A stretch of DNA of 36,187 nt from Bacteroidota bacterium. GTDB lineage: Bacteria > Bacteroidota > Bacteroidia > Bacteroidales > UBA12077. Each line of letters starts with the position of its first letter. Position 1 is the first letter of the stretch. The position numbers and the translations under genes are program-made. The DNA lies in contig JBNJFN010000002.1 in NCBI GenBank assembly GCA_051746885.1, positions 1 through 36,187 on the forward strand, given 5' to 3'. Of this stretch, positions 1 to 9,991 are shown piece by piece. Below the pieces are notes generated by a model that saw nothing but the letters and a program-made list of their open reading frames with translations, was not told the origin of the DNA and ran no database searches.

Positions 1-1
1 T

Positions 2-547
2 GTCAATTGCGGAGGTGGACGCAGATATGCAGGTTTTGTCGAAGAAGTGGGTTCGGATTTTAATTATTTCCTTTCCTGTGGAAGTAAAAGCGTTGAAGGA
101 GAGCGTTATAAACGTGATCCGGAAACCGTCAGATTGATGATGGAAGGCTTCCCTCATCTCAGGAAAAAAGACCATTGGTTGGTTTTTAAACGGTGGGACA
201 GGCTCACGGAAGAAGATGAGCCGGAAGTGGCTGTTTTTTTTGCTGAGCCCCACGTTTTGTCGGGACTTTTCATGCTGGCAAATTATGATTTTGTGGGAAA
301 TGCAGGGGTCATTTCACCGTTTAGCTCAGGTTGTGGTTCGATCGTTTTTTTCCCTTATCTTGAAAAGGACAAGGAAAAAGCCAGAAGTGTTCTTGGGATG
401 TTTGATCCTTCAGCCCGTGCGTGTGTGAAGGATAACGAGCTAACTTTTGCAACACCTTACAAACGCCTGGTGGAATTGATGGATTATATGGAAGAGAGTT
501 TCTTGATTACCAACATCTGGGGACATCTACAAAAAAGAATAAAATAA
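2..547 (+). CDS. DUF169-family protein, 5'-truncated by the window edge
   Basis: The frame is open from nt 2 to the TAA at 545-547, and the GTG at 47 is only the first in-window start. CGGGRRYAGF, EPHVLSGLFMLANYD and SSGCGS segments resemble DUF169/COG2043 proteins. Confidence 0.55.
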   Translation, partial: VNCGGGRRYAGFVEEVGSDFNYFLSCGSKSVEGERYKRDPETVRLMMEGFPHLRKKDHWLVFKRWDRLTEEDEPEVAVFFAEPHVLSGLFMLANYDFVGNAGVISPFSSGCGSIVFFPYLEKDKEKARSVLGMFDPSARACVKDNELTFATPYKRLVELMDYMEESFLITNIWGHLQKRIK

Positions 548-561
548 AAAAATGAAACGAT

Positions 562-1395
562 ATGAAAAAATATATTCTTTTTCTGCTTTTTGCTTTATTT
601 ATTACATCAATAACTATGGGCCAGAACGTGAATCTGATCACCTATAACATTCGCTACGACAATCCCGGAGATAAGGACGATTCCTGGGATAAAAGAAAAG
701 AAGTTATTACAAGCCAGATCATCTTTTATGAGCCTGATGTGTTCGGTATTCAGGAAGGATTGGCTCATCAGGTGGAGTATCTCGACGATCACCTTGCATC
801 ATACAGTTATGTGGGCGTAGGTAGAGACGATGGGGAGACGGAAGGGGAGTATTCAGCTGTTTATTATCACCACGATAAGTTTACCGAACTGGATCACGGC
901 ACTTTCTGGCTTTCCGACACGCCTGAGCAGCCCTCTGTAGGCTGGGATGCCGCCATGGAAAGGATATGTACCTGGGTGCTTTTGGAGCATAAGGAGTCAG
1001 GCAAAAAGCTGCGGGTATTCAATACACACTTCGACCATAAGGGGGAGCAGGCCCGTGCCAATTCGGCCCGACTGATCATCCGAAAGATTGAGGAAATCAG
1101 CAAGAAGGGGGAAACCATTGCCCTTATGGGTGATCTGAATGCCTTGCCCGATCAGGAGCCCATAGAAGTGATAGACGAAAAACTGAAGGATGCCCGGGTA
1201 GCCAGTCAGACCCAGCCTTTCGGGCCGGAAGGCACCTACAATGGATTCAACTATACGGAGCCGGCCAAACGACGTATAGACTACATTTTTGTGAAAGAGA
1301 CAGAAGTGTTGAAATACGGGGTGTTGAATGATCCGGTAAATCTGCATTTTCCTTCTGATCATTTCCCCGTCTATGCGGAGGTCCGACTGCGTTAG
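562..1395 (+). CDS. Endonuclease/exonuclease/phosphatase (EEP) family protein, secreted
   Basis: 277-aa ORF with a hydrophobic N-terminal signal (MKKYILFLLFALFITSI). EEP-like motifs include ITYNIRYD near the N-terminus, GDLNA, and C-terminal IDYIF...SDHFPV. Confidence 0.8.
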   Translation: MKKYILFLLFALFITSITMGQNVNLITYNIRYDNPGDKDDSWDKRKEVITSQIIFYEPDVFGIQEGLAHQVEYLDDHLASYSYVGVGRDDGETEGEYSAVYYHHDKFTELDHGTFWLSDTPEQPSVGWDAAMERICTWVLLEHKESGKKLRVFNTHFDHKGEQARANSARLIIRKIEEISKKGETIALMGDLNALPDQEPIEVIDEKLKDARVASQTQPFGPEGTYNGFNYTEPAKRRIDYIFVKETEVLKYGVLNDPVNLHFPSDHFPVYAEVRLR

Positions 1396-1488
1396 CTTCT
1401 ATATATGCTGCAATATATTTTGAAGAGAGTAATGACAACAAATGACCATCGAATGGCATTAACTTTCTCTTCCATACAATCATTCAAT

Positions 1489-1558
1489 CCCGCCTGTCCC
1501 AGTCGGGCAGGCCCGCCTGTCCCAGTCGGGCAGGCCCGCCTGTCCCAGTCGGGCAGGC
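1489..1558. repeat. Three tandem copies of a 23-bp hairpin-forming unit (CCGCCTGTCCCAGTCGGGCAGGC)
   Basis: Read directly from the sequence. Each unit contains GCCTG(T)CCC-AGTC-GGGCAGGC dyad symmetry. The array sits between two convergent genes and is flanked on both sides by CATTCAATC. Confidence 0.9.
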
Positions 1559-1564
1559 ATTCAA

Positions 1565-4123
1565 TCATTGCAAGTTCTTCTCCGGATACATCTCCTTCCA
1601 CTGTTGCGGCTGTTCTTTCAGTTTACTGTCGAACCATGATGTGATCGTATGATGCCATTTGATGCGTTTGTCATAATCTATGATGTGGTGGTCCTGATCT
1701 TCCACCAGCACCATCTCTACATCTTTTCCCAGGATTTTCAGAGCAGCGTAATACTGTTTGCTTTCGCCCACCGGCACGTTGGTGTCGGCGGAGCCATGCA
1801 GCAGAAGGATGGAGTTGCTGAAGTCATCGGCGTTGAACAAGGGGCTGCTCTCTACATATAGGTCCTTATTGTTCCATGGATAGCTATGAGCCGATGCCAC
1901 TGAGCTGTAGGTATAACCCCAGTAGCCCTCGCCCCAGTAGCTTGATATCGAGCTGATGCCAGCATGGGCCACGGCGGTTTTGAAGATGTCCGTCTGGGTC
2001 TGAAGCATCATGGTGGTATAGCCGCCGTACGAAGCGCCGATGGCTCCGACGTTGTCTTCATCGGCTGAAGGATGAGCATCCAGGAACTTTTTCGTCCCTT
2101 CGATGATGTCGTTGAGTTGTTCCTTGCCCCAGCCATTGACGTGAAGAGCTGAGAATTCCTGTCCGTAACCTGTAGCCCCGCTGGGCTGAAGCACATACAC
2201 GATATATCCTTTTCCGGCCCAGATGTTCTTCGGATAACGTCCATCAAAGCTTCTTGAAGTAGGGGTAGTACCTCCGTAATAGTAAACGATCACGGGGTAC
2301 TCTTTATCGGAGTCATAGTTGGGCGGATAGTAAACCCTTCCGTCAATGGTCCTGCCCCTGCTGTTGGTAAAATTCCATTCCTCAGTTGGTCCGTATTGCA
2401 CGTTTGTAAGTGATTCCTGTTTGGGTTTGTCAATAAGCCGGCTCTCTTCCTCTTTCAGATTCAGTGCATAGAGATGCTCCGGCATGGTCATTCCTGTTCC
2501 GGTGTAAACGGCCTGATCTCCCTTATCCGAAAAATCTATACCACCCAGCACCTCTACTTCAAGATCAACTTGTTCGAATTCCTGGTCGTCCAGGTTGTAG
2601 TGATAAAGGCGTCCGTAATCTTTTTCCGTGACCGAAAGATAGATGCGGCTTTCAGTTATCCAATCTGCGGAGTTTACAGAAGGAGTGAATGTTTTGGTGA
2701 GGGGCTTCACATTTCCGCTTTGGAGGTTGTACAGGTAAAGCTGGTTGTCGTAGTTGTTGGGCATCATGTCATCGGATACGTTCACACCGACATCCCCGAA
2801 ACATAAAGGTCCGCCCTGGACAAGAAGCCGGTTACCGCCGGGTGAATATTCTGCCCTGCCTGAGTATCGCTTGTCTTTCCATATGGTATCCAGCGTTAGA
2901 GTTTCCATATCCATTTCATAAAGGTTCTGCCTGGAAAAAGGTACCTCCGTATAATCGGGATAGGAGGTTGAAAACAGGATCTTTTTGCTGTCGGGCCTTA
3001 TGTCATGGAGATGGGTGCTCAGGTTACCGGCAGTGATCCGCTGGGAATGACCTGAGTTTACATTTAATATGTGCAGGAATGACCGGTCGCGGAATCCGGG
3101 AATGCGATCCTCGTTGCCGTAGATTCGTTTCAGGTCGCCGGGATCATCCGCTTTTACCTGTGTCGAATATACGATATACTTTTCGTTGGGTGCCCAGGTA
3201 TAGCTGCCCATATCATCGATGTCTCCGGCTATTTTCTTTTCTTCTCCACTTTCCACATCATACACATAAAGGTTGGAGGCACCTTCGAATTCTACCGTAT
3301 ATGAGATACGGCCGGTTTTCGGGAGCCATTGCACCCTGTTGATGTCCTGATTCCGAAAAACTACCTCGTTTTTCATATCATCCAGTCTTTTCAGTACGGT
3401 ATAGCTCATATTTTTCCCCGTGCCACGGGGTGATTCCGAATAGTTGATCAGTACATACTTGCCGGAGGGGGAGATATGGGCCGAACTGATGCTCTTGCCG
3501 TCAAGAATATCGTGAATGGTTAGCTTCCTTAAAGGATCCAGGGTGTTGGTCAGGGTTAGCCCCTCAAAATCGGGGGAATGGGAAACTTTTGTGTGAAATT
3601 TAATGTTTTCATCGTCGCTTAGTAGTTTCAGGCTCACCAAGTGTTTTCCCCTGTGAAGCTGTGCGGAGTATTTCTCGTTGCTCAGTTTTCCATTTTTCTT
3701 AGTATGCTTCTGTTCGCCATCGACGCGAAGTTCAAACAAAGCATCGGTGGTTATGTTGAAATCCAGTTTCGCCCAGCGGTCCACGTCGATGTAGGAGGCC
3801 AGGTAAATCACATTTTTTCCGTCCAGGGAGGTGGCTATCAGGCTGTCACTGTCTATTGTAATTTCCTGCCACTCCATTTCTTCTTTGGACAGGTTAATAG
3901 ACCGGCCGGCTCTTGGCATGCGTTCAAAGTCCATGCGGATGCTTTCCAGCAGGTCGCTGTTGTTGAATTTTTCTCCGTCGATGTTTCCTTTTTCGGAAAA
4001 CGCGGGATTATGTATACCGGACGGTCCGGCTTTCAACCATTGATTCATGTTGATCTCCGTTTGTGCAGAGAGTGTAGTTGTCATAAGAATTAAGAGAGCC
4101 AGAAGACATGTATGTTTTCTCAT
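1565..4123 (-). CDS. S9 family serine peptidase (prolyl oligopeptidase / dipeptidyl-peptidase type) with N-terminal beta-propeller region
   Basis: 852-aa ORF with a signal peptide (MRKHTCLLALLILMTTTLSAQ). It has the GASYGGY nucleophile elbow and C-terminal HGSADTNVP and DHH segments typical of the alpha/beta-hydrolase catalytic domain. Confidence 0.85.
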   Translation of the reverse strand: MRKHTCLLALLILMTTTLSAQTEINMNQWLKAGPSGIHNPAFSEKGNIDGEKFNNSDLLESIRMDFERMPRAGRSINLSKEEMEWQEITIDSDSLIATSLDGKNVIYLASYIDVDRWAKLDFNITTDALFELRVDGEQKHTKKNGKLSNEKYSAQLHRGKHLVSLKLLSDDENIKFHTKVSHSPDFEGLTLTNTLDPLRKLTIHDILDGKSISSAHISPSGKYVLINYSESPRGTGKNMSYTVLKRLDDMKNEVVFRNQDINRVQWLPKTGRISYTVEFEGASNLYVYDVESGEEKKIAGDIDDMGSYTWAPNEKYIVYSTQVKADDPGDLKRIYGNEDRIPGFRDRSFLHILNVNSGHSQRITAGNLSTHLHDIRPDSKKILFSTSYPDYTEVPFSRQNLYEMDMETLTLDTIWKDKRYSGRAEYSPGGNRLLVQGGPLCFGDVGVNVSDDMMPNNYDNQLYLYNLQSGNVKPLTKTFTPSVNSADWITESRIYLSVTEKDYGRLYHYNLDDQEFEQVDLEVEVLGGIDFSDKGDQAVYTGTGMTMPEHLYALNLKEEESRLIDKPKQESLTNVQYGPTEEWNFTNSRGRTIDGRVYYPPNYDSDKEYPVIVYYYGGTTPTSRSFDGRYPKNIWAGKGYIVYVLQPSGATGYGQEFSALHVNGWGKEQLNDIIEGTKKFLDAHPSADEDNVGAIGASYGGYTTMMLQTQTDIFKTAVAHAGISSISSYWGEGYWGYTYSSVASAHSYPWNNKDLYVESSPLFNADDFSNSILLLHGSADTNVPVGESKQYYAALKILGKDVEMVLVEDQDHHIIDYDKRIKWHHTITSWFDSKLKEQPQQWKEMYPEKNLQ

Positions 4124-4251
4124 AAGATATAAGTTTTTTGGATTTCATGGTTAGACTGCTCCCAGTCAAAAAGGATTAAAATTAATATTATGCTCTCAAT
4201 TTACCAAATGAGGGGGTATTATTTGGGATTTGTTGCTTGGGATTTGTTATT

Positions 4252-5907
4252 TTAATCTATATTCCGGTTGTAAAGGAACCGTTTGATCTTGTGGGTAGCA
4301 GTTTTCTGGAAAGGTTCGTTTTGGAGCATAACATTTTGTATGCGTGAAAAACGGTTTACTCTTAAATTAATGTAGGCGTGGAGTTCATTTCTTAACTCTT
4401 CCAGTTTCCAGTCAAGATATTGATTGACCCCTTCCTTCAGTTCCTGGTATTTTTGGGCCAGTTCATCGGTATTGAAATGGACCATGGCCACCAGCTTTCC
4501 TTTCTTCTCAACAACGATGGATTCGGCAACATGCCTGAAATTATTAATCACCGATTCGATCTCTTCAGGATAGATGTTTTCGCCGTTATCTCCAACGATC
4601 ATATTTTTCAGCCGGCCTTTGATGTAAAGAAAGTTGTTTTTATCGAAAACACCCAGATCACCTGTCTTGAACCAACCATCTTCCGTGATGGTTTCCCTGG
4701 TAAGCTCTGGTTGCTTATAATACCCCAGCATTACATTTGGTCCTTTGGCCCAGATCTCTCCTTCGCCTGTGTGCTTGTCAGGATTGTGAATCTTTAGCTT
4801 TACTCCCTCCAGGGGAGGACCGGTTGACTGAAATTTAATGTTTTCAGCGTTTGCCCCGGCAAGCAGGGGCGAGGTTTCGGTTAATCCATAGCCAATGGCA
4901 TATGGAAACCTGGCTTCCCGGAGAAATTGTTCCACGGTTTTGTTGAGCTTGGCTCCGCCGATACCAAAGAATTTGAGTTGTCCCCCGAAGGTTTCCATGA
5001 GTTTTTTACCGGCTGCTTCATTCATCTTCTTTCGTACAGGAGGGATTTTGTAGAGAGCCCGCATGTATAAATTTTTCCTGAAAACGGGCAGAATTTTGTT
5101 CCGGTATATTTTTTCTATGATCATGGGAACCGAAAGCATGATGGTTGGTTTTACCTGCTTCAGGGCTGGCAGGAGTACTGAAGGGGTTGGCGGCTTGCGC
5201 AGGTAATATACTGATGCTCCGCATATCATGGGGATGATAAAACCAAGCGTGTTCTCGTAAGTATGGGAGAGTGGGAGAATGGAAAGCAACCTGTCTTCCG
5301 GTTTAACGGGTTGTATCTTTAAAGTTTTAAGGGCCGTAAAGGAAATATTTTTGTGCGAAAGCATGACACCTTTCGATTTGCCAGTGGTCCCAGAGGTATA
5401 AATAATGGCAGCCGGATCATCTTCTTCAACTCTGTATGTCTGATTGGATTTTTCCACGGGACTGAATTGTACGGAGCTCTCTTTGGGTGAGATGACAGTC
5501 ATATTCTCTATTGCAACAGTATATTCCAGTTGTTCACTTGTGATATTTTCTGTCTTTTTTCTCAGACCTTCAGAAACGAAAATCACTTTGGCCCCTGAGT
5601 GCTCTATGATATTGCTTACTTCATCCGGGTGGAAGTCGGGCAATAAAGGCACCACGATTGCCCCAATAAAGGTGGTTGCAAAATATACAATTCCCCAGTT
5701 GGGCATATTCATGCTAAGAATGGCTACCCTGTCACCGGGCTTGACATCCATCTTTTCAAGAAATGCAATAGTTGCCTCTACTTTTTCATTGACAGTTCCA
5801 TAAGTTAGAGGAGTCTCGCCGGCAAACCCCAGGGCACCTTTTTCGCTGTGCTTTTTTACCGTATCCTTGAACAAACGGGGTATGGTCAGTGTTTTATTAT
5901 ATGACAT
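4252..5907 (-). CDS. AMP-dependent synthetase/ligase (long-chain fatty-acid-CoA ligase-like)
   Basis: 551-aa ORF carrying the YTSGTTGKSKGV AMP-binding motif, GYGLTE, and TGDLG...GRLKN motifs of the adenylate-forming superfamily. Confidence 0.85.
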   Translation of the reverse strand: MSYNKTLTIPRLFKDTVKKHSEKGALGFAGETPLTYGTVNEKVEATIAFLEKMDVKPGDRVAILSMNMPNWGIVYFATTFIGAIVVPLLPDFHPDEVSNIIEHSGAKVIFVSEGLRKKTENITSEQLEYTVAIENMTVISPKESSVQFSPVEKSNQTYRVEEDDPAAIIYTSGTTGKSKGVMLSHKNISFTALKTLKIQPVKPEDRLLSILPLSHTYENTLGFIIPMICGASVYYLRKPPTPSVLLPALKQVKPTIMLSVPMIIEKIYRNKILPVFRKNLYMRALYKIPPVRKKMNEAAGKKLMETFGGQLKFFGIGGAKLNKTVEQFLREARFPYAIGYGLTETSPLLAGANAENIKFQSTGPPLEGVKLKIHNPDKHTGEGEIWAKGPNVMLGYYKQPELTRETITEDGWFKTGDLGVFDKNNFLYIKGRLKNMIVGDNGENIYPEEIESVINNFRHVAESIVVEKKGKLVAMVHFNTDELAQKYQELKEGVNQYLDWKLEELRNELHAYINLRVNRFSRIQNVMLQNEPFQKTATHKIKRFLYNRNID

Positions 5908-6038
5908 ATTATTTTAATAACGAATCAAAAGTAAGACAATTTTATGATTTTTCTCTTTTATTCGTAAAACAACACAATTTTTTTTTGGTTCATTCTTTTT
6001 AAATATCAATTAATATATGTAAACTTTGAGGAGGATTT

Positions 6039-7064
6039 ATGAATAACTCAAACCGCAGAGATTTTTTAAAAGCGCTGGCAGGCATTACTTCAGGCCTGCT
6101 GATACCCTATCACAGTTTTTCCTCGAACGGTGTTTCCCTGGAAGATAAACTTGGTGAACGATTACCTTTGAGGAAAATGGGAAATACAGGTGAAAAGGTC
6201 ACTATGCTGGGCCTGGGTGGTTATCATATCGGATGGACGGGCGAAAAGGAAGCGCGGGAGACTATCGAAGCTGCCCTGGAAGGAGGAATTCGCTTTTTTG
6301 ATAGTGCAGAATCTTATGGTAATGGCCGCAGTGAAGAGCGCTATGGGAAATATCTGGTACCCAATTACCGGGATGATGTTTTCCTGATGACCAAGACCAA
6401 TTCTTCTGATGCGGAGACAACCCGTAAGCACCTGGAAGGATCGCTGAAGCGTATGAAAACGGATTACATTGATCTGTGGCAGGTTCATTCGCTGCAAACT
6501 CCTGAAGATGTTGATGAAAGAATAGATAACAAGGTGCTGGATGTGATTGCAGAGGCAAAAAAATCAGGCAAAGTACGATATGTGGGGTTCACCGGTCACC
6601 GGTCGCCCTATGCAAATGCAAGGATGTTGGATAAAACCGGAGAAAACTTTTTCGATGCCTGTCAGTTTCCGATCAATGTAGTGGATTCCAGTGTTGAGCA
6701 TAGTTTTATCCAGCATGTATTGCCGCGGCTTGTAGACCGGAATATAGGTGTCCTTGCAATGAAGACCCTGGCTGACGGGCGATTTTTCTATAAAAAGGTA
6801 CAGAATGGCAACGTGAAATGGGATACCAATAAGCCGGTGGTTCCGGATGCAATTACCCTTGAGGAAGCCCTTGCATTCGTTTGGTCACTGCCCGTGAGCG
6901 TGCTCATTACCGGGGCTGAAAATCCTCAGTTGGTGAAGGAAAAGATCACCATGGCCAGACGTTTTGAAAAAATGTCAGAGGCCGACAGGGAACAATTGAT
7001 TGATAAGGTTGCCGATCTGCCCGACAGGGATGAGGTGGAGTATTATAAGAATGTGCAAAGCTGA
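6039..7064 (+). CDS. Aldo/keto reductase with twin-arginine (Tat) signal
   Basis: 341-aa ORF. The N-terminal SNRRDFLKALAG is Tat-like. The AKR-type core includes GIRFFDSAESYGNGRSEE and IDLWQVHS. Confidence 0.8.
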   Translation: MNNSNRRDFLKALAGITSGLLIPYHSFSSNGVSLEDKLGERLPLRKMGNTGEKVTMLGLGGYHIGWTGEKEARETIEAALEGGIRFFDSAESYGNGRSEERYGKYLVPNYRDDVFLMTKTNSSDAETTRKHLEGSLKRMKTDYIDLWQVHSLQTPEDVDERIDNKVLDVIAEAKKSGKVRYVGFTGHRSPYANARMLDKTGENFFDACQFPINVVDSSVEHSFIQHVLPRLVDRNIGVLAMKTLADGRFFYKKVQNGNVKWDTNKPVVPDAITLEEALAFVWSLPVSVLITGAENPQLVKEKITMARRFEKMSEADREQLIDKVADLPDRDEVEYYKNVQS

Positions 7065-7080
7065 CAAGATCATTTGCATT

Positions 7081-8136
7081 TTATCCGTTTTTCAGCTCCA
7101 CGGCCCTGTTTTCCTCATTGCTTATCAGGGAAGCTTCAACCACACGGATTACATTAATGCCTTGTTCGGCTGGTACAGCCAGCTTTTCACCTTTGCGTAT
7201 GGCATAGTAAATGTTGTCGAAATACCCGTGGTAATTGCCGGGTAAAGTTTCAATCTTCCCGTAATGATGTAAGCCATGTATGTGGGTATTGAGTATTCCC
7301 CAATATTCTTCCTCTTCTTTACCCCAATCGGGCCCTTCTGGAAAATATCCGTCGATCAGATCTTGTTCCTGCGGGTCAACGCCCCATTTAAGGAAAGAGC
7401 CTTCGGTGCCGTGGATGATATACCTTGGGCCTTTTTCGCGCACCAGAAAGCCTCCTTTAACGGTTACTACTGTATCAGGAAAATTGAATTTCACGTTAAA
7501 ATAGTCATTAACCTCACTGCCAGGTCGCTGGGCTCTTAAATCGGCCGTTACTGAATCGGGCATACCAAAAAGCACCAAGGCCTGATCGATCATGTGGGCA
7601 CCCAGATCATAAATCAGACCTGGAAATGAGGAGGCTTGTTCTTTCCATCTACCCGGGGTTACAAAATTCTTGAAACGGTCGTAGTGGGCTTCGTATTCAA
7701 CGAGGCGGCCCAGCAATTGTTCTTCCAGTATTTTTTGCACGGTCTTGAAATCTCCATCCCACCGCCGGTTTTGATAAACCGAAAGCACCAGATTCTTGCT
7801 CTTGGCCAGGGTTGCAAGCTCTTCTCCTTCCTTACTGTTCAGAGTGAAAGGTTTTTCCACAACCACATGCTTTCCGGCTTCCAGTGCCTGTTTGCAAAAG
7901 TCATAATGCGTTTTGTCAGGGGTGTTGACAATGATCAGCTCAATATCCTTGTCGTTGAGCAACTCTTCATAATTCCGTGCTATCTCAACATGGGGATACC
8001 GTTGTACTGATAGATTTTTTGTTCTTTCCCAAACTTTTTTAATATTGAAACCCGCATTGGTTTCCAGAAAAGGCGCATGGAAAACCTGCCCCGATAATCC
8101 GTATGATGCTAGTCCAGTTTGTATTACTTCTGCCAT
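7081..8136 (-). CDS. Gfo/Idh/MocA family oxidoreductase
   Basis: The ORF is open to 8247, but the family-typical N-terminus starts at MAEVIQTGLASYGLSG (ATG at 8136). It has an N-terminal Rossmann segment and the VVEKPF motif. The upstream 37 codons are Lys-rich and low complexity. Confidence 0.8.
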   Translation of the reverse strand: MAEVIQTGLASYGLSGQVFHAPFLETNAGFNIKKVWERTKNLSVQRYPHVEIARNYEELLNDKDIELIIVNTPDKTHYDFCKQALEAGKHVVVEKPFTLNSKEGEELATLAKSKNLVLSVYQNRRWDGDFKTVQKILEEQLLGRLVEYEAHYDRFKNFVTPGRWKEQASSFPGLIYDLGAHMIDQALVLFGMPDSVTADLRAQRPGSEVNDYFNVKFNFPDTVVTVKGGFLVREKGPRYIIHGTEGSFLKWGVDPQEQDLIDGYFPEGPDWGKEEEEYWGILNTHIHGLHHYGKIETLPGNYHGYFDNIYYAIRKGEKLAVPAEQGINVIRVVEASLISNEENRAVELKNG

Positions 8137-8315
8137 AATGAATGTATTTTGGAAGCTAAAATTATAAAATTTATAAGATTCTTCTAAACTCTTTTTCTTT
8201 TTTCTCAGAATCTCTAGATTTGACTTCTTTTTTGATTTAATGCCCACAGGCTTTCATTTTTCAGAAATGGAGGCGCAAAAGAATTAAAATCAATGGATAA
8301 AAAACGCGCGAGACA

Positions 8316-9500
8316 ATGGAACAGAAGAGTGATCCCAGGGGTATATTGAAGGATCCGACTTTCCGGATTATTCTGGCGATTGTGGTGATGGCTGTGATCG
8401 GAGGAAGCCTCGTAGCTCCGATATTGCCCTCTATGATTGAACCTTTGGGAACCACCCAGGAGATGGTGGGCCTGGTTATGAGTATATATACGCTGTTTGC
8501 CTTGTTTTCCACTCCCGTCCATGGTGTATTGGCGGATCGTTTTGGAAGGAAGCGTGTGCTGGTGCCCGCTGCAGTTTTATATGGAGCATCCGGATTTTCC
8601 ATAGCTTTTACCGATGCTTTTTATGGTGTTCTTATCCTGCGTGCATTGCAGGGAATAGGGGCAGCCGGAATGATGGGCCTTGGTGTAACTTTGATCGGTG
8701 ATATTTTTAAGGAAAAAGCCAGGGCCACGGCAATGGGTTACCGGAGCAGCGCCCAGTCGCTTGTGAATACCGCAATTCCTTTTATCTCCGGCTCCATAGC
8801 TACCATAGCCTGGTTTTATCCTTTTTATATCTATGTTCTGGCGATTCCCCTGGCGATATTTATCTCTCTTAAGCTGGAAGATAAATCCACCACCAATCAG
8901 TCTTCCATTAAAGATTATTTTAAGACCATCTTTTTAGTACTGAAGGACAAAAAGACCCTCTGGGTATATAGCTCCAATCTCTTTGTGTTCATTTTCTTGT
9001 ATTGTCTTATAGTTTATGGCCCTATCCTGGTAGTAGAGGAGCTGAATCTATCCACAATGTATACCGGCTTGTTGCTCTCAGTAGGATCTGTCATTGCAGC
9101 AATCACTTCTTCCCAGTCGGGTAAACTCTATTACCGTTTTCAAAAATACCAGATCGTTACTTTGGGCTTCTTCCTTTGTGGTACCGGTTTGTTTCTCATT
9201 TCACTTGCTCTGAGCTTTGTTTATCTCATTTCTTGCATTGTGGTATGGGGCGTTGGCTTTGGTCTGGTATTTCCAACCCTGAACACAACAGTGACCGAGT
9301 TGGTTTCCTCTCACCTGAGAGCCGGTGTTGTGTCGGGTTTTACCGCTATGACCTATATCGGACAAACTCTATCTCCGCCTCTCTTTGGATTTATACTGAA
9401 ATTTTCCGATCTGGGAACCGTCTTCCTTAGTGCCGCATTGTTGACACTGCTACCAATCAGTATTACACTGATTATCCGGTTTGTTTACCGGAGGATATGA
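8316..9500 (+). CDS. MFS transporter
   Basis: 394-aa polytopic ORF with about 12 hydrophobic segments and the LADRFGRKR MFS loop 2-3 signature. Confidence 0.8.
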   Translation: MEQKSDPRGILKDPTFRIILAIVVMAVIGGSLVAPILPSMIEPLGTTQEMVGLVMSIYTLFALFSTPVHGVLADRFGRKRVLVPAAVLYGASGFSIAFTDAFYGVLILRALQGIGAAGMMGLGVTLIGDIFKEKARATAMGYRSSAQSLVNTAIPFISGSIATIAWFYPFYIYVLAIPLAIFISLKLEDKSTTNQSSIKDYFKTIFLVLKDKKTLWVYSSNLFVFIFLYCLIVYGPILVVEELNLSTMYTGLLLSVGSVIAAITSSQSGKLYYRFQKYQIVTLGFFLCGTGLFLISLALSFVYLISCIVVWGVGFGLVFPTLNTTVTELVSSHLRAGVVSGFTAMTYIGQTLSPPLFGFILKFSDLGTVFLSAALLTLLPISITLIIRFVYRRI

Positions 9501-9592
9501 TTGGTGGTTTGTATTTTTCTTCTCTCAGGTTTTCTTTCAAAATTTGAATAATCTCCTGGATTTTTTTATATTTTTGAAAAAACAGCCCAATT

Positions 9593-9991
9593 ATGGAAAA
9601 GTGGATAAACCTTTTGACGTTTAAAAATCCGGCCGAAGCACATTTGATCAAAACAAAACTGGAGTCCGAAGGGATCAGGGTGTTTCTGAAGAACGAATAT
9701 ACCGCTCAGCTTGTTCCTCACGGATCGGAACCTGGGGGTCCCATTAAGATGCGGATTCATGAGAATGATTTAGATGAGGCCGTGAAAATATTAAAGGAGA
9801 GCGGCCATTTATCAGGAGAAAAGGAGAAACCTCCGCCTAGTGCTTTAATCAATTTCATAGATATTGTAACGGGAAAGATTCCCGGTTTTCGCAACCAGCC
9901 GCTCAAGCTTCGGGTGATACTGGCGGTTGCTGTAATATTGGTAATACTTGTGGTGATTTACTCGTTATTGACATTGCCGGGTTCAATTTAA
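9593..9991 (+). CDS. DUF2007-domain (putative signal-transducing) protein with C-terminal TM helix
   Basis: 132-aa ORF. The N-terminal part (LLTFKNPAEAHLIKTKLESEGIRVFLKNE...DLDEAVKILKE) matches the DUF2007 pattern. The C-terminal LRVILAVAVILVILVVIYSLL is hydrophobic. Confidence 0.6.
   Translation: MEKWINLLTFKNPAEAHLIKTKLESEGIRVFLKNEYTAQLVPHGSEPGGPIKMRIHENDLDEAVKILKESGHLSGEKEKPPPSALINFIDIVTGKIPGFRNQPLKLRVILAVAVILVILVVIYSLLTLPGSI

Noticed and set aside
8137-8247. N-terminal extension of the Gfo/Idh/MocA ORF (MGIKSKKKSNLEILRKKKKS...)
   Set aside because: The Lys-rich low-complexity extension precedes the conserved Rossmann N-terminus, and the internal ATG at 8136 gives a family-typical start. 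The same logic applies to the 14-codon extension of the symporter ORF (11462-11503).
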